From a bacterium (GTDB lineage: Bacteria; Patescibacteriota; Minisyncoccia; Phycocordibacterales; UBA918), in NCBI GenBank assembly GCA_043719295.1, contig JAYSUD010000012.1:26790-90789 (forward strand): DNA of 64,000 nt, written 5' to 3'. Shown here piece by piece: positions 9,631 through 19,894 of the stretch (positions within the stretch are counted from its first letter, which is position 1; every line of letters starts with the position of its first letter). A program made the translations under genes and the position numbers. Below the pieces are notes generated by a model. That model ran no database searches and had not been told where the DNA came from. It was given only the letters and a program-made list of their open reading frames with translations.

Positions 9631-11583
9631 TCATTCTTTAGCACGGACTACCCCTGAAGCATCGTTATTTCCACTTTCAGATGGAATCTTTGTCGTAATC
9701 GCGGGACTGGTATCACGCACGGTGGTACTGGTGAATCGGTCTGTTGCTTCAATGCGTTGTTCACTAATAAGTGTTGGAGTGGTGCCGATTTGAAGTGAAC
9801 GAGGTAAGAGTGAGACTTGGAAAGAGGTGTATGTTTCTTTGTTAGATTCAATGTTGCCTGCTTTCCACGTGATAGCTCTTGTTGTCGGATTGTATGTCAC
9901 AGCTCCATTACCTTCAACAATATTAAGCCATGATATATACGCTGGTAAGCTTGCTGTAACTACAGCATTCGTGACATTGTTTGAACCATTTTGTACTACA
10001 AGCGAAACAGTATATGTTGTTGCCTTGTCTGATACAGGAGGTACAGGACCCGTATCTTTGAAAATGCCGTTGTTGTAACTCACAACACCTACCAAGTTTG
10101 GCGCACTGACGACTTTGATAACACTTGCGGCAGTTCCTGTTAACTGTTCGGCAACTTGGTTTTCAGATACACGTCGTGCTTTTGCATTGACGTTAATGTT
10201 GACCTGTGGAGTTTGTGACACTTCTCCTGTTGGTTCGATACTAAAAGAAAGTCGTTCTGATTCTCCTGGAGTCACCTGCTCTAAACCTTGCGTATTTGAA
10301 ACATCCCACACGATAGTATTTTTCGCTTCATCAAAATAACCTCCTGAAGGACTCACTTCAGAAACTGAAAAAGCGTTACCTCCAAGTTTTACTTCAACGA
10401 TAATATCGTAGAGTGTATCGTCAAGGGAATTAGTTAAAGCAAGCTGTACGTTTGCTCGTTTACCAGGAGCTATTGCAACTTCAGACTTATCTGAATTATC
10501 AATTTTCATATCGATGTCTAAAAATGGTTGCTCGATTTTAAACTCAGTTTGTGCGGTTGCGAAAATTGAAGCAAGACTTTGCGGATCTTTTTCATTTGGT
10601 ACACCGACGGTAAAGTTAATGGCGTTGTCGTCACTCTCTTTTCCAACGACAATTCCCGCTATAGTGATTTTTGTTTCTTTTTCGGGTTCAAGATTTTTAA
10701 TAAGCCACATACTTTCGGTATGTGTTGGTGGTGGAGTTGCTTTTGTGAAATCAAACCCTTCTGGATATTCCGCTTTAACCAATATCTCAGAAAGAGCTGT
10801 TGGTGAGTTTGAAATAATAGTGAGAGTAACCTCAGTCTCTTGCCCTGAAGAGATTTTCTTTAACGTGTCAGCTCTGACAATAATGGGTGATGAACTAATT
10901 TTAAATCGCAACGGTTCTGCTTCTTTAAAAAAAGTAGCATTTGAACCTTGGACGCGATATTCGATTTCTACTTTCACAATCTTCTCTTCATTCTCTTCGC
11001 CAAAAACCAGCGCACGCATGGGGATGTTGACGGTCTCACCTTGTTTAATTGTTTGTAAGGGTAAACGTTCAGTGAATAACTCTTTACCTTCCTCAGTTAC
11101 TGACTTGGTTCCTTTAGGGTACTCAACGATAAGTACTGCTGATTCAATCGAGACTGAGTTGTCATTTGTGATACCAATCTGCATTTGAAGTTCCGATCCT
11201 CCCCCTACGGTAAAAGGTCCTGTAGCTGAAAGGGTGATGTTTTCTCCAGAAATACTTTTACCGCCAAACAGTAAGAAGAGACTTGAAACCACAATCGCTA
11301 GCATGAAAAAACCTAAGCCTGCAAATAAAATTTTAGATCGATATCCTTTTTTTCTTTTTTGCATACCTATGTCTTCTCTAAAACTTTGTGTGCTTTCCTC
11401 TGTAGTATAAACCTCTTGTACAGGAGGTAATACAATAGGTTTAGGCGGTTCTTGCCAAGAAGTAGGAGCCGTATGTACGACATCACTAAGCGGGTGACTG
11501 ACTGAAGACACTTTTTTTGTTCCCCGCTCATAAAGCCGTTTTCGCACTTCTTCAATACTTTCTTGATCTTTAATACCACTCAT
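9631..11583 (-). CDS. Single-TM protein with repeated extracellular Ig-like (DUF11-like) domains
   Basis: 650 aa; one TM near residues 85-107, then a beta-rich repeat region (YPEGFDF, WDV, W.AGNI). Confidence 0.7.
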   Translation of the reverse strand: MSGIKDQESIEEVRKRLYERGTKKVSSVSHPLSDVVHTAPTSWQEPPKPIVLPPVQEVYTTEESTQSFREDIGMQKRKKGYRSKILFAGLGFFMLAIVVSSLFLLFGGKSISGENITLSATGPFTVGGGSELQMQIGITNDNSVSIESAVLIVEYPKGTKSVTEEGKELFTERLPLQTIKQGETVNIPMRALVFGEENEEKIVKVEIEYRVQGSNATFFKEAEPLRFKISSSPIIVRADTLKKISSGQETEVTLTIISNSPTALSEILVKAEYPEGFDFTKATPPPTHTESMWLIKNLEPEKETKITIAGIVVGKESDDNAINFTVGVPNEKDPQSLASIFATAQTEFKIEQPFLDIDMKIDNSDKSEVAIAPGKRANVQLALTNSLDDTLYDIIVEVKLGGNAFSVSEVSPSGGYFDEAKNTIVWDVSNTQGLEQVTPGESERLSFSIEPTGEVSQTPQVNINVNAKARRVSENQVAEQLTGTAASVIKVVSAPNLVGVVSYNNGIFKDTGPVPPVSDKATTYTVSLVVQNGSNNVTNAVVTASLPAYISWLNIVEGNGAVTYNPTTRAITWKAGNIESNKETYTSFQVSLLPRSLQIGTTPTLISEQRIEATDRFTSTTVRDTSPAITTKIPSESGNNDASGVVRAKE

Positions 11584-11676
11584 ACATTATTTGATTGTAT
11601 CTAGTATACCGCACAAAGAGACCGTGGAGAACGATGGATTCTGTGTACTTTAGAACCCCTCCATTATCTCGTGGTA

Positions 11677-11708
11677 CCCGTATTAAAAAGTCATATGTTT
11701 AATACGGG
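11677..11708. terminator. Hairpin downstream of recO
   Basis: CCCGTATTAAA...TTTAATACGGG. Confidence 0.45.
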
Positions 11709-11727
11709 GAAGATTGTGGATGGGTTC

Positions 11728-12309
11728 TTATAGCTGACTTACGGTCACCCCTTCCTTAATTGCTTGGGTAATTGAAGATGACATATCAGTTGTATACGAA
11801 GAAAGAGCCTCTTCAATTGAAGGGGCATATATAACAGAAACCCAAGCAGGTGAAGGCGCCACATAGCCGAGCTCAGAGAGAAGTCGCAGAAGAAATAACT
11901 CACGTGCAAGCAAGGCAATCTCGGTATGTTTTTCCTCTAACGCAAGTAATTCAAAAGTATCGTCATATACTTTCGAAAGCTGCATTTCTCCATGTACATA
12001 TCGACGCAATTGGGTCACTACAAAATTTACCGTACCCCGCTTCTGCCGAGTATCTGCACTCATGAAGGGATTTCCAAGCGCTTCAACACTTCCAATGCGC
12101 CACCCACTTTTCCCTTTGATTAACGAAACACGTATGTGTGAAAAGTCTTGTAGTGCCGAACGTTGTTTACTTCGTTCTTCGCGAACCGACCGTGCGGTAC
12201 CCCACAGCATCCCTGCCTCTTTAGAAAAGAGTAAATAGTTTTTGTCAGAAGTGTTGTTATTAGTGCTGCCGCAAACCAAAGCTTCAGTGATGTACGTTTT
12301 ATAGCTCAC
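11728..12309 (-). CDS. recO: DNA repair protein RecO (N-terminal OB domain)
   Basis: TEALV..DK.YLLFSKEAG..ARSVREERSK..LQDFS; LLSELGY. Confidence 0.85.
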   Translation of the reverse strand: MSYKTYITEALVCGSTNNNTSDKNYLLFSKEAGMLWGTARSVREERSKQRSALQDFSHIRVSLIKGKSGWRIGSVEALGNPFMSADTRQKRGTVNFVVTQLRRYVHGEMQLSKVYDDTFELLALEEKHTEIALLARELFLLRLLSELGYVAPSPAWVSVIYAPSIEEALSSYTTDMSSSITQAIKEGVTVSQL

Positions 12310-12310
12310 A

Positions 12311-15300
12311 TTATTTCTTTATGATTTGTACTGTGAATGAATAATCTCCTGCTTTTATTTCTGAACCTTCTGCATTGCCAAAGTCGAGAGCATCTGCACC
12401 GACTACTTTCATAATCTCTGTTTTGAATTGAGATACGATTGCCTCCCCACCATCTGAGGTTTGAACAGTTAGCGTAATTCTATCTTTTGCCTCAAGCCCT
12501 GTTTGCTTTCGCAGGTCTTGTACTGCTCGAATAAATTCCCGCACATCCCCTTCAGCTTTAAGTTCTGGGGTGATATCAGTATTAAGGTCAAAAGTCAGAC
12601 CAAATTTATCATCATCAAATTTTTTATACTGAATTTTTTTAACATTTAGCTCATCAGCTAAAATCGGTTCAAGCTCTGACCAGTAACGTGACGCCTCTGC
12701 GCTATCAGAAATAGAAAACCCACTCAACGGCTGACGGACAGGAATTTTTTCTTTCGTTCGAATATTTAAGCCAAAAGTTGCAAAGCTTCTAATATTTGAC
12801 ATTCCTACAATTAAATCAGTATCAACTTCCCCTCCCTTTGGCCAATCTGCGAGATGCACACTTTCTGCATCAACCTCTCCTTTAACCCTCTGCCACAGAT
12901 ACTCAGCGTAAAACGGCATTGATGGGGCCATCACAAGCGCAAGTGTTCGAAGTGTGTGACGAAGTGTGCCGAGCGCGAGCGCCTTGTCTCTAGCATCGTC
13001 CGCTTTAAAGCGTTCACGTGAGCGTCGCAAATACCACACCGAAACATCGTCGATAAAATCAGTAATTGGACGGGTTGCTTTATCAAGTTCATAGTTTCTA
13101 AAGCCTGAAGTAGTTTCGGCCACCAGTTCATAAAGTCGTGCAACTATCCATCGATCAAGTACGTTCATCGACTCTCCACTCGCTTCTGTACCGTCAGCGA
13201 ACATCTCGTACATTGCAAGTACATTATGAAGTCGTCCAATATTTTTTCGCTCAAGTTCTTTAACTCCTTTCTCTGAAAAGTTTAAATCTTCACCTCTAAT
13301 AATTGACGAGGAGAGTAGGTAAAAGCGCATAGAATCGGCACCAATAGTGTTCGCAATCAACATAGGGTCAGGATAGTTTTGGAGTGACTTACTCATCTTC
13401 TTCCCGTCTTCAGCGAGCACCAGACCATTGGTAATAACATGTTCAAACGGTGACTTACCAAAGAGTGCTACACCTAACACCATCATTGAATAGAACCATC
13501 CACGTGTTTGATCAACACTCTCAGCAATAAACTGTGCCGGAAAACCAACATTATTTTTTCCATCAAAGATGTCGAGGTTTTCAAATGGATAGTGATTCTG
13601 TGCATAGGGCATTGCTCCTGATTCAAACCAGCAGTCAAACACATCTTTTACACGTTCAAGTTTTGTACCATCATTGTCATAGAGTTCCACGTCATCAATG
13701 TACGGTCTATGGAAATCAAGTGCATAGAAATCATTGTGAGGCATTTTAGTAAACGGAATTTGAAGTACCTCGGCATTGTCCATGTACCCTTCCTTTTTAA
13801 TCTCTAGTGACCGTTCAAGGTCAGCCCCTTCTGCTACACACCGTAACGCATACGTAGAACTTGCATGTCCCACAATCAAAATTGTTTTCCCTTTGTGTTT
13901 TCCATCAATGTCATACAAGAAACTCCCAACACGTGTTGCAACGTTGAATCGATTTTCTACATCGGGAACGTCTTTAGTAAATCGTTCCCGTTGACTTGCA
14001 TACAATGCTTCGTATTCATCCCACGTCTTTCCTTCTAAACTTGGACCTGTCTGAAGTTCGGTAATGCGATTGTCTTCAAGAACACAATTGGCATCAAGCC
14101 CAAGAACTCCTGCAACAGTCTCTGCGGTTTGTCGGGTGCGTTGCATCCCTGAATGGATAATAAGATCAATCCCTTTGTCTTTAAGTTTTAAAGCCGACGC
14201 TTCGCATTGCGCCTTACCATCTGTAGTTAATGGATTATGCTCATCTTTGATTGCATCAATTGATCCAGAAAGGTTACTCTCTGCTTCACCATGACGCATA
14301 ACAAAATACGTGTTCCCACTTTTTGGAACATACTCTTGGAGTTCTTTTAACGATGAAAAGACTTTATATTCTTTGGTTACTGGGTTACGCCAAATTGGAA
14401 GTGGGGCTCCCCAGTACCGTTGCCGTGACACCGCCCAGTCGCGCGCACCTTCAAGCCACTTACCGAAACGATTGGTTCCAATGTGTTCGGGTACCCATTT
14501 TACTTTGTTGTTCTCTGCCACAAGCTGATCTTTTATTTTAGTTACTTCAACAAACCATGAGGTAGTAGCGTAATTTAAAAGCGGCGTATCACAACGCCAA
14601 CAGTGCGGATAACTGTGGGTTATGTTTTCTTTTGCAAAAATTCGTGCTCCGTGATCATCTCTATTTGTTTGCAGTTTTTTCAACACTTCAATATCAGTAT
14701 CAAGGTGTGTTACTCCTGCTTTGTCGTCATCTTTTGGTTTTACCAACAGTCCTTTGAAGTCAGTAACAAAGTCCATGAAGTGTCCTGTATTATCTACATG
14801 ATGCACAATCGGGATGTTGTTTGCTTGTGCGAGCTTCATATCGTCATCTCCATACGCTGGTGCAATATGAACTGCTCCCGTTCCATCTTCACCTACTTCA
14901 ACATAGTCAGCATGCCAAATCTTCCACGCATTTGTTTTATCTATGTCTTGGCTTTCAAGATAGTTAAACGGCGGAAGATACGATTTCCCTACAAGGTCAG
15001 ACCCTTTCATTTCTTCAACTATTTCATAGGCAACGTCACCTAGTTGTGAGAGTCGTGCTTTTGCAAGAATCACAAATTCTTCTTTTGTACTTTCATCATT
15101 CTTGATTTTCGCCCGCACGTATTCAATATCATTATGGACCGCGGCAGCCATATTTCCTGGCAACGTCCACGGAGTTGTTGTCCAAACCAAAAGTGAGGTG
15201 TCGGACACCTTACTCTCATTATCAAGAAGTGGCAGTTTAACCGTAACCGCAATATCTTTAATATCCTTGTATCCTTGATTTACCTCAAAGTTTGAGAGCG

Positions 15301-15883
15301 TTGTTCCACAGCGTGGACACAGGTGCATGGTTTTAAATCCCTCATAGACGAGTCCCTTTTTATGAAGCTCCGCAAAGACCCACCACACACTTTCCGTGTA
15401 CGTTGAGTCCATAGTCTTATAGTCATCCTCCATATCAGCCCATCGTCCCATGCGAGGAATGATTCTCTTCCAATCGTCAGCGTATTCTAAAACAGCATCA
15501 CGAGCTTGTTCGTTAAAATTCTGTACTCCATATTCTTCAATGTCACGTTTGGTTGCAAGGCCAAGCTTTTTTTCAATGAGGTTTTCAAGCGGTAAGCCGT
15601 GACAGTCCCATCCCCACTTTCTAGGTACGCTATATCCATTCATTGTCCAAAAACGCGGAATCGCATCTTTGATTGATCCGGCTAAGATGTGCCCATAGTG
15701 TGGAAGCCCCGTTGCAAACGGAGGTCCATCGTAAAAAATAAATTCACCATTTGGTGCTTCTTTTTGTACACTTTTATTAAAAATATCATTCTCCTTCCAA
15801 AAGGCTAACATTGCTTCTTCTCGCAGTGCCACTTCACTTTTTGGCACTCCTTCTTCATCGTTTTTGTGTGTATGTGTATTCAT
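12311..15883 (-). CDS. ileS: Isoleucine--tRNA ligase (type 2) with an inserted histidine phosphatase domain
   Basis: DGPPFATGLPHYGH, WDCHGLP, WTTTPWTLP, KMSKS; insert FVMRHGEAESN..SGMQRTRQTA..VGH. Confidence 0.96.
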   Translation of the reverse strand: MNTHTHKNDEEGVPKSEVALREEAMLAFWKENDIFNKSVQKEAPNGEFIFYDGPPFATGLPHYGHILAGSIKDAIPRFWTMNGYSVPRKWGWDCHGLPLENLIEKKLGLATKRDIEEYGVQNFNEQARDAVLEYADDWKRIIPRMGRWADMEDDYKTMDSTYTESVWWVFAELHKKGLVYEGFKTMHLCPRCGTTLSNFEVNQGYKDIKDIAVTVKLPLLDNESKVSDTSLLVWTTTPWTLPGNMAAAVHNDIEYVRAKIKNDESTKEEFVILAKARLSQLGDVAYEIVEEMKGSDLVGKSYLPPFNYLESQDIDKTNAWKIWHADYVEVGEDGTGAVHIAPAYGDDDMKLAQANNIPIVHHVDNTGHFMDFVTDFKGLLVKPKDDDKAGVTHLDTDIEVLKKLQTNRDDHGARIFAKENITHSYPHCWRCDTPLLNYATTSWFVEVTKIKDQLVAENNKVKWVPEHIGTNRFGKWLEGARDWAVSRQRYWGAPLPIWRNPVTKEYKVFSSLKELQEYVPKSGNTYFVMRHGEAESNLSGSIDAIKDEHNPLTTDGKAQCEASALKLKDKGIDLIIHSGMQRTRQTAETVAGVLGLDANCVLEDNRITELQTGPSLEGKTWDEYEALYASQRERFTKDVPDVENRFNVATRVGSFLYDIDGKHKGKTILIVGHASSTYALRCVAEGADLERSLEIKKEGYMDNAEVLQIPFTKMPHNDFYALDFHRPYIDDVELYDNDGTKLERVKDVFDCWFESGAMPYAQNHYPFENLDIFDGKNNVGFPAQFIAESVDQTRGWFYSMMVLGVALFGKSPFEHVITNGLVLAEDGKKMSKSLQNYPDPMLIANTIGADSMRFYLLSSSIIRGEDLNFSEKGVKELERKNIGRLHNVLAMYEMFADGTEASGESMNVLDRWIVARLYELVAETTSGFRNYELDKATRPITDFIDDVSVWYLRRSRERFKADDARDKALALGTLRHTLRTLALVMAPSMPFYAEYLWQRVKGEVDAESVHLADWPKGGEVDTDLIVGMSNIRSFATFGLNIRTKEKIPVRQPLSGFSISDSAEASRYWSELEPILADELNVKKIQYKKFDDDKFGLTFDLNTDITPELKAEGDVREFIRAVQDLRKQTGLEAKDRITLTVQTSDGGEAIVSQFKTEIMKVVGADALDFGNAEGSEIKAGDYSFTVQIIKK

Positions 15884-16023
15884 AACAAGTGTTCTTATGT
15901 ATATCAGACATAAATAATAAAAGCATGTGTATCAGACATGCCCATGCATAGTACCACGATTTTTAAAAGCTAACAGATGTCTCGGTTGGGCCCATGCGTT
16001 TCCCTGCAGGGGCCCAATTGAAT

Positions 16024-16176
16024 TTATCGAAACGCTACCACAACACTTGGTCCCACATGAATGTGGCGATTCGGTTGAGGTTTTAAAGTCACAACCTCTG
16101 CATCTTTGGGGCATAGAACCTCAGCCCAAAAGGCACAAGATGCGGCAAGTAATGCGAAGTATTGCTCCGGGAACAT
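16024..16176 (-). CDS. Small hypothetical protein (50 aa, MFPEQYF...)
   Basis: AAAGGAGG SD 5 nt before the ATG; GC hairpin (TTGGGCCC..GGGCCCAA) just after the stop. Confidence 0.5.
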   Translation of the reverse strand: MFPEQYFALLAASCAFWAEVLCPKDAEVVTLKPQPNRHIHVGPSVVVAFR

Positions 16177-16348
16177 CGATGCCTCCTTTCGGTCATTGAT
16201 ACTTTTAGAATACTCCTTTCTTCTTGGGTCACAAGTACCTAAAGAGGAAAACACAAAAACAGCAAAACCGTGATTCCAAAAAGATGAATCACGGCTGTCC
16301 TCAGCATGGCACGCCCTCGCGCCATGGGTATTATTTATTGGGATGCAT

Positions 16349-16573
16349 TTATGCAAATGGCAACCAACTTTTGAAAAAGTCAGATCGACATTCCCGCGCA
16401 GACTTGACTCCATCCCCCTTAACAAATGGGCGAACAGGTACCCAAATCAGTCTATCGATTAAGTTTCTGTCTTGCGCATCAACACGCACAACAAAAAAAT
16501 AAAAGAACAGACAAAATGGCACAACAGTAAGAGAACAAATCGCACCATACACAAACAAGCGCTCGAGATCCAA
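16349..16573 (-). CDS. Small membrane protein (74 aa)
   Basis: GGGAGG SD 7 nt before a TTG start; N-terminal TM. Confidence 0.45.
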   Translation of the reverse strand: MDLERLFVYGAICSLTVVPFCLFFYFFVVRVDAQDRNLIDRLIWVPVRPFVKGDGVKSARECRSDFFKSWLPFA

Positions 16574-16593
16574 AGATTTTCCTCCCTCTTAAA

Positions 16594-16722
16594 TTACATC
16601 CCGAATTCTTGGAGCATCTTACGATACTCCACTTCTTCTTTTTGGATATTTTGTTGATGTAACTGCTGGCGACGAACCCGTCTCCATACGCTAAACCAAC
16701 GATGAACATGATCTGATGACAT
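16594..16722 (-). CDS. Small hypothetical protein (42 aa, MSSDHVHRWF...)
   Basis: Hand translation; GAGG 6 nt before the ATG; stop lies just before the next SD. Confidence 0.4.
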   Translation of the reverse strand: MSSDHVHRWFSVWRRVRRQQLHQQNIQKEEVEYRKMLQEFGM

Positions 16723-16786
16723 TTCTTACCTCGCTTAAAAGCCCTCTACCCAAGAAAACTATATAACGAATAAACGTTACTGTCAA

Positions 16787-18466
16787 TTACAACCTTTCAG
16801 GTGCTTCCGTTCCTAAAACCCACAATCCATTTTTGATTGTTTGTTGTACCACCCCTGCTAGAAGTACTTTGTATGGCGCGAACTCATCTGCAGTATCAGC
16901 AATTTTTTCTTGCGCATAAAAGCCGTTAAACGCTCCTGCAAGTTCTGTAATGAAGGTAACGATATGATGAGGTGCTCGTTCTTCAAGTGAAGTAACAACA
17001 ACTTCAGGGAATCGATAGACCAACCGTTCAATCAAGTAGGGTGATAGAGGAACAGCAGTCGCACCTGCGTGTATACCAAGCTCTTGCGCTTTCATAATTG
17101 CTGAGCCAATACGTGCAGACGTATATTGTAAATAGGGTCCTGAGTCACCTTCAAACGAAAGAGCTTTTTCTTTGTCAAATACAATATTTGATCCAACGCC
17201 ACTTCTAAGTATCTGGTACTTAAGTGCAGCTACCGCAATCTGGTCTGTTAGTTCGTCTATATTCTCTGAACGTGTTTCAAGCGCTCTTACATGTGCAGCT
17301 TCTTTCATCTCTTCAAGGAGTGATTCTCCCGTGAGTACATTACCTTTTCGTGAAGACATCTTACCGGTAGTGAGTGTCAAAAAGCCCGTAGCAATATGTT
17401 CGAGACTTTTATTTGCGACCTCAGGGAATAGTTCCTCAATTGCAGTAAAGACTACTTTGAAATATTCAGACTGCTCGTTTGCTGTAACAATAAGCGACTG
17501 TGTCCAGTTTGGCGTGGTTGCTACTTTTAATGTAAAGTGCCCAATGTCTTTTGCTTCGTATGTAGGGAGGCCTTTTGAACTTATGAAAACTCGAGTGTGT
17601 AAACCAACTTTCACTCCTTTGTATACTGTTGCACCTTCACTTTCTTCAAACACATCTCCTACATGCTCTTTTACAATCTGTAATCCAGGAATACTTGCTT
17701 CACTTTCAAAAATTTCAACATCAAATTCTGTTCCAAGCATCAGACATAGATCTCGGAGGCGCGCTCTTGATGTAGCAATTCCTGCATTGCGAAGTGCCAT
17801 CAATGTGTCGTCCGTACCCGCATACAGGGCTTGATTGATTTTAATTATTTCTTCTTTCTCTTCTCCCTCTTTCTCGTATGCATCGTTTCCATTTCTATAG
17901 GCAAGACCGAGGTCTTGAATATCGTCTGGGTTTAAATTATTTTTCTGTAAACCCCACACGCCTTTTGCTACCGTAAGACCAATATCAGAGGGATAGTTAC
18001 ACCGGACAACCTTGGCACCTGAAAACACAAAAAGACGACTGATTGATTCGCCAATAATGTTTCCAACAAGGTTTCCAATATGGAGCGGTTTAAATAAATT
18101 GGGACTCGTATATTCAATGAGAACAACTTCATCTGTTTGCATCTTATTACTCCCCCATTGTGTCCCTTGTTTTTCTGCTCGTAAAATCTCTTGGGTGAAA
18201 AAATCTCGAACGAGATAAAAGTTTAAAAATCCTGGACCTGCAATCTCAATTTTTTCTACGTATTCAATTTGATCAGCAATTGTTGTCAGTATGAGTTCAG
18301 CAACTTCCCGCGGGGACTTTCCCGCTTCCTTTGCTACCACCATCGCCACGTTACACGCATAGTCTCCGTGCGACAGATCACTTGGATGCTCTACAGTAAA
18401 ATCAACCACAGGTAGCCCCAAGGTTTCAAGTGCATCACTAATTGCAGTTTTTAATACTTCTTCCAT
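16787..18466 (-). CDS. argS: Arginine--tRNA ligase
   Basis: HGDYACN, AGPGFLNF, EYTSPN..LHIGN, KMSSRKG, GDSGPYLQY. Confidence 0.96.
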   Translation of the reverse strand: MEEVLKTAISDALETLGLPVVDFTVEHPSDLSHGDYACNVAMVVAKEAGKSPREVAELILTTIADQIEYVEKIEIAGPGFLNFYLVRDFFTQEILRAEKQGTQWGSNKMQTDEVVLIEYTSPNLFKPLHIGNLVGNIIGESISRLFVFSGAKVVRCNYPSDIGLTVAKGVWGLQKNNLNPDDIQDLGLAYRNGNDAYEKEGEEKEEIIKINQALYAGTDDTLMALRNAGIATSRARLRDLCLMLGTEFDVEIFESEASIPGLQIVKEHVGDVFEESEGATVYKGVKVGLHTRVFISSKGLPTYEAKDIGHFTLKVATTPNWTQSLIVTANEQSEYFKVVFTAIEELFPEVANKSLEHIATGFLTLTTGKMSSRKGNVLTGESLLEEMKEAAHVRALETRSENIDELTDQIAVAALKYQILRSGVGSNIVFDKEKALSFEGDSGPYLQYTSARIGSAIMKAQELGIHAGATAVPLSPYLIERLVYRFPEVVVTSLEERAPHHIVTFITELAGAFNGFYAQEKIADTADEFAPYKVLLAGVVQQTIKNGLWVLGTEAPERL

Positions 18467-18512
18467 ATACGCATACAATACACAAATAATCCAAATTCTG
18501 CGAACTTCTGCA

Positions 18513-19601
18513 CTATTCTCTTCGAGTGGTCATGGTCCCAGCCTTTGAACTGGTATCAATTGTAAAGTTTTCTCTTCCCAAAACCTGACCGCGCTCTGTC
18601 TCTACCGTACAGCGCCACTGTCCAGCTTTTGAACCTTGAATATACGTATATCCTCGATACCCTCCATCACGTCCTCCAACAATTGTGTATGACAAATGTG
18701 CATGCTCTGTCCATTTTTTTTCAGTTGGGTTGTAGTATTCCCACGTGTGGTAGATGTCAGTTTCAATTGAGGTTGGAGCAAACACTTTTGCGAAACAGAA
18801 CACGGTCGACCCTGAAGTACCATGGAAAACATCATCTGACTTTTTATAAAATTGCCACCCAGTTCCATCTTCATAACTCAACTGGTACGAACCGTCTTCG
18901 AATCGAACTACACTGTGAAAGATACCGACCTCTTTAAGTGACAAAGGAATTGGAGGGATGATGTTTGTGAAATATAGGAAATTAAAACCCGCGAAAATAA
19001 GCCCTACAACCAAAAAAATTGATCGTTGGTGTATGTAGATAAAACGAGGAACAATCCACGCAAGCACGCGGATGAACATCAGTATGATAATAAGTGCCAG
19101 AATACCGCTTCCGACAAATACCAATGCACCCATCTCTCCAAGTACAACCGGCACAATAAGTACAACGTATGAAAATAATCCAACAAACAACATGCCAATG
19201 TTGTAGAGCAACCGCTGGACACGGTCACGTATAGTTTCGTTGCCGTAGATAATGAGAAGAATCAAAAGAAGAAATGGCCAGCTTGATACCCAAGAACCAC
19301 TTCGTCCATAGAAAATAAGCATCCCCGAAAAAAGTCCTCCAAGCGCGTACTGCGTCACAAGCGGAGAAAAGTCACGTAAAGAAGCGTTGATGCGTTCAGG
19401 GAACTTTTCTGCTGTAGCTGCATAGAGCACCAACAAACTCAGCATCGCCAACGTGAGGTACGTTAAGATGACAATATTATCAAAAAGTTGATCAACCCGA
19501 TTGAGCGTGAAGTTATCTACAACAAAACCCAAGATAAAAGAGACGGTAAGAAAGTGCTCTTTGTTGCGAAGTATTTTTTCTTTAAAGGAGCGAGCTGACA
19601 T
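18513..19601 (-). CDS. DUF2914-domain membrane protein
   Basis: N-terminal TM bundle; C-terminal GGRDGGYRGY..GQWRC.VETERGQVLGR. Confidence 0.8.
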   Translation of the reverse strand: MSARSFKEKILRNKEHFLTVSFILGFVVDNFTLNRVDQLFDNIVILTYLTLAMLSLLVLYAATAEKFPERINASLRDFSPLVTQYALGGLFSGMLIFYGRSGSWVSSWPFLLLILLIIYGNETIRDRVQRLLYNIGMLFVGLFSYVVLIVPVVLGEMGALVFVGSGILALIIILMFIRVLAWIVPRFIYIHQRSIFLVVGLIFAGFNFLYFTNIIPPIPLSLKEVGIFHSVVRFEDGSYQLSYEDGTGWQFYKKSDDVFHGTSGSTVFCFAKVFAPTSIETDIYHTWEYYNPTEKKWTEHAHLSYTIVGGRDGGYRGYTYIQGSKAGQWRCTVETERGQVLGRENFTIDTSSKAGTMTTRRE

Positions 19602-19630
19602 TGATTCTATTGTACCGTATATAGAAATAT

Positions 19631-19804
19631 AAAAAAAAGAGGGAGATGTCCATCTTATTTATTAGCGGCTGCTCTAGAAGTTTTTTACCTCCTTTCTTGC
19701 GCTAACAAATATGACGATACATCTCCCCAGTGGGCGGAACCGGAATTTCAGGCAATCGATTCCGCCGGCAGTGCGCGAGAAGCTAGGACTAACTCAACTC
19801 ACGC
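19631..19804 (-). ncRNA. Candidate standalone structured ncRNA (~175 nt)
   Basis: Starts 7 nt after a consensus promoter; three helices; ends in a U8 tract; no start codon after the internal AAAGGAGG. Confidence 0.55.
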
Positions 19805-19810
19805 AACACT

Positions 19811-19839
19811 ATTATATCATGATTTTAAGGCTTTAGCAA
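19811..19839 (-). promoter_or_regulatory. Sigma70 promoter TTGCTA-N17-TATAAT
   Basis: Near-consensus hexamers with a 17-bp spacer. Confidence 0.7.
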
Positions 19840-19840
19840 C

Positions 19841-19875
19841 AAAAAAACGAGAGGCCTGGACCTGCTCGTTTTTTT
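19841..19875 (-). terminator. glyA intrinsic terminator
   Basis: AAAAAAACGAG...CTCGTTTTTTT. Confidence 0.65.
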
Positions 19876-19894
19876 ATAACCTGTCCGTAGGTTA

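Noticed and set aside
10514-11188. Long antisense ORFs (also 17172-17834, 21626-22273, 32863-33522, 44012-44545, 7769-8314)
   Set aside because: They are shadows of genes on the opposite strand and have no recognisable motifs.
19631-19804. Firm call as 6S, SRP, tmRNA or a known riboswitch
   Set aside because: The 5' and 3' ends do not pair as in 6S, there is no GNRA-capped SRP domain IV, and no tRNA-like ends; kept as an unknown ncRNA.
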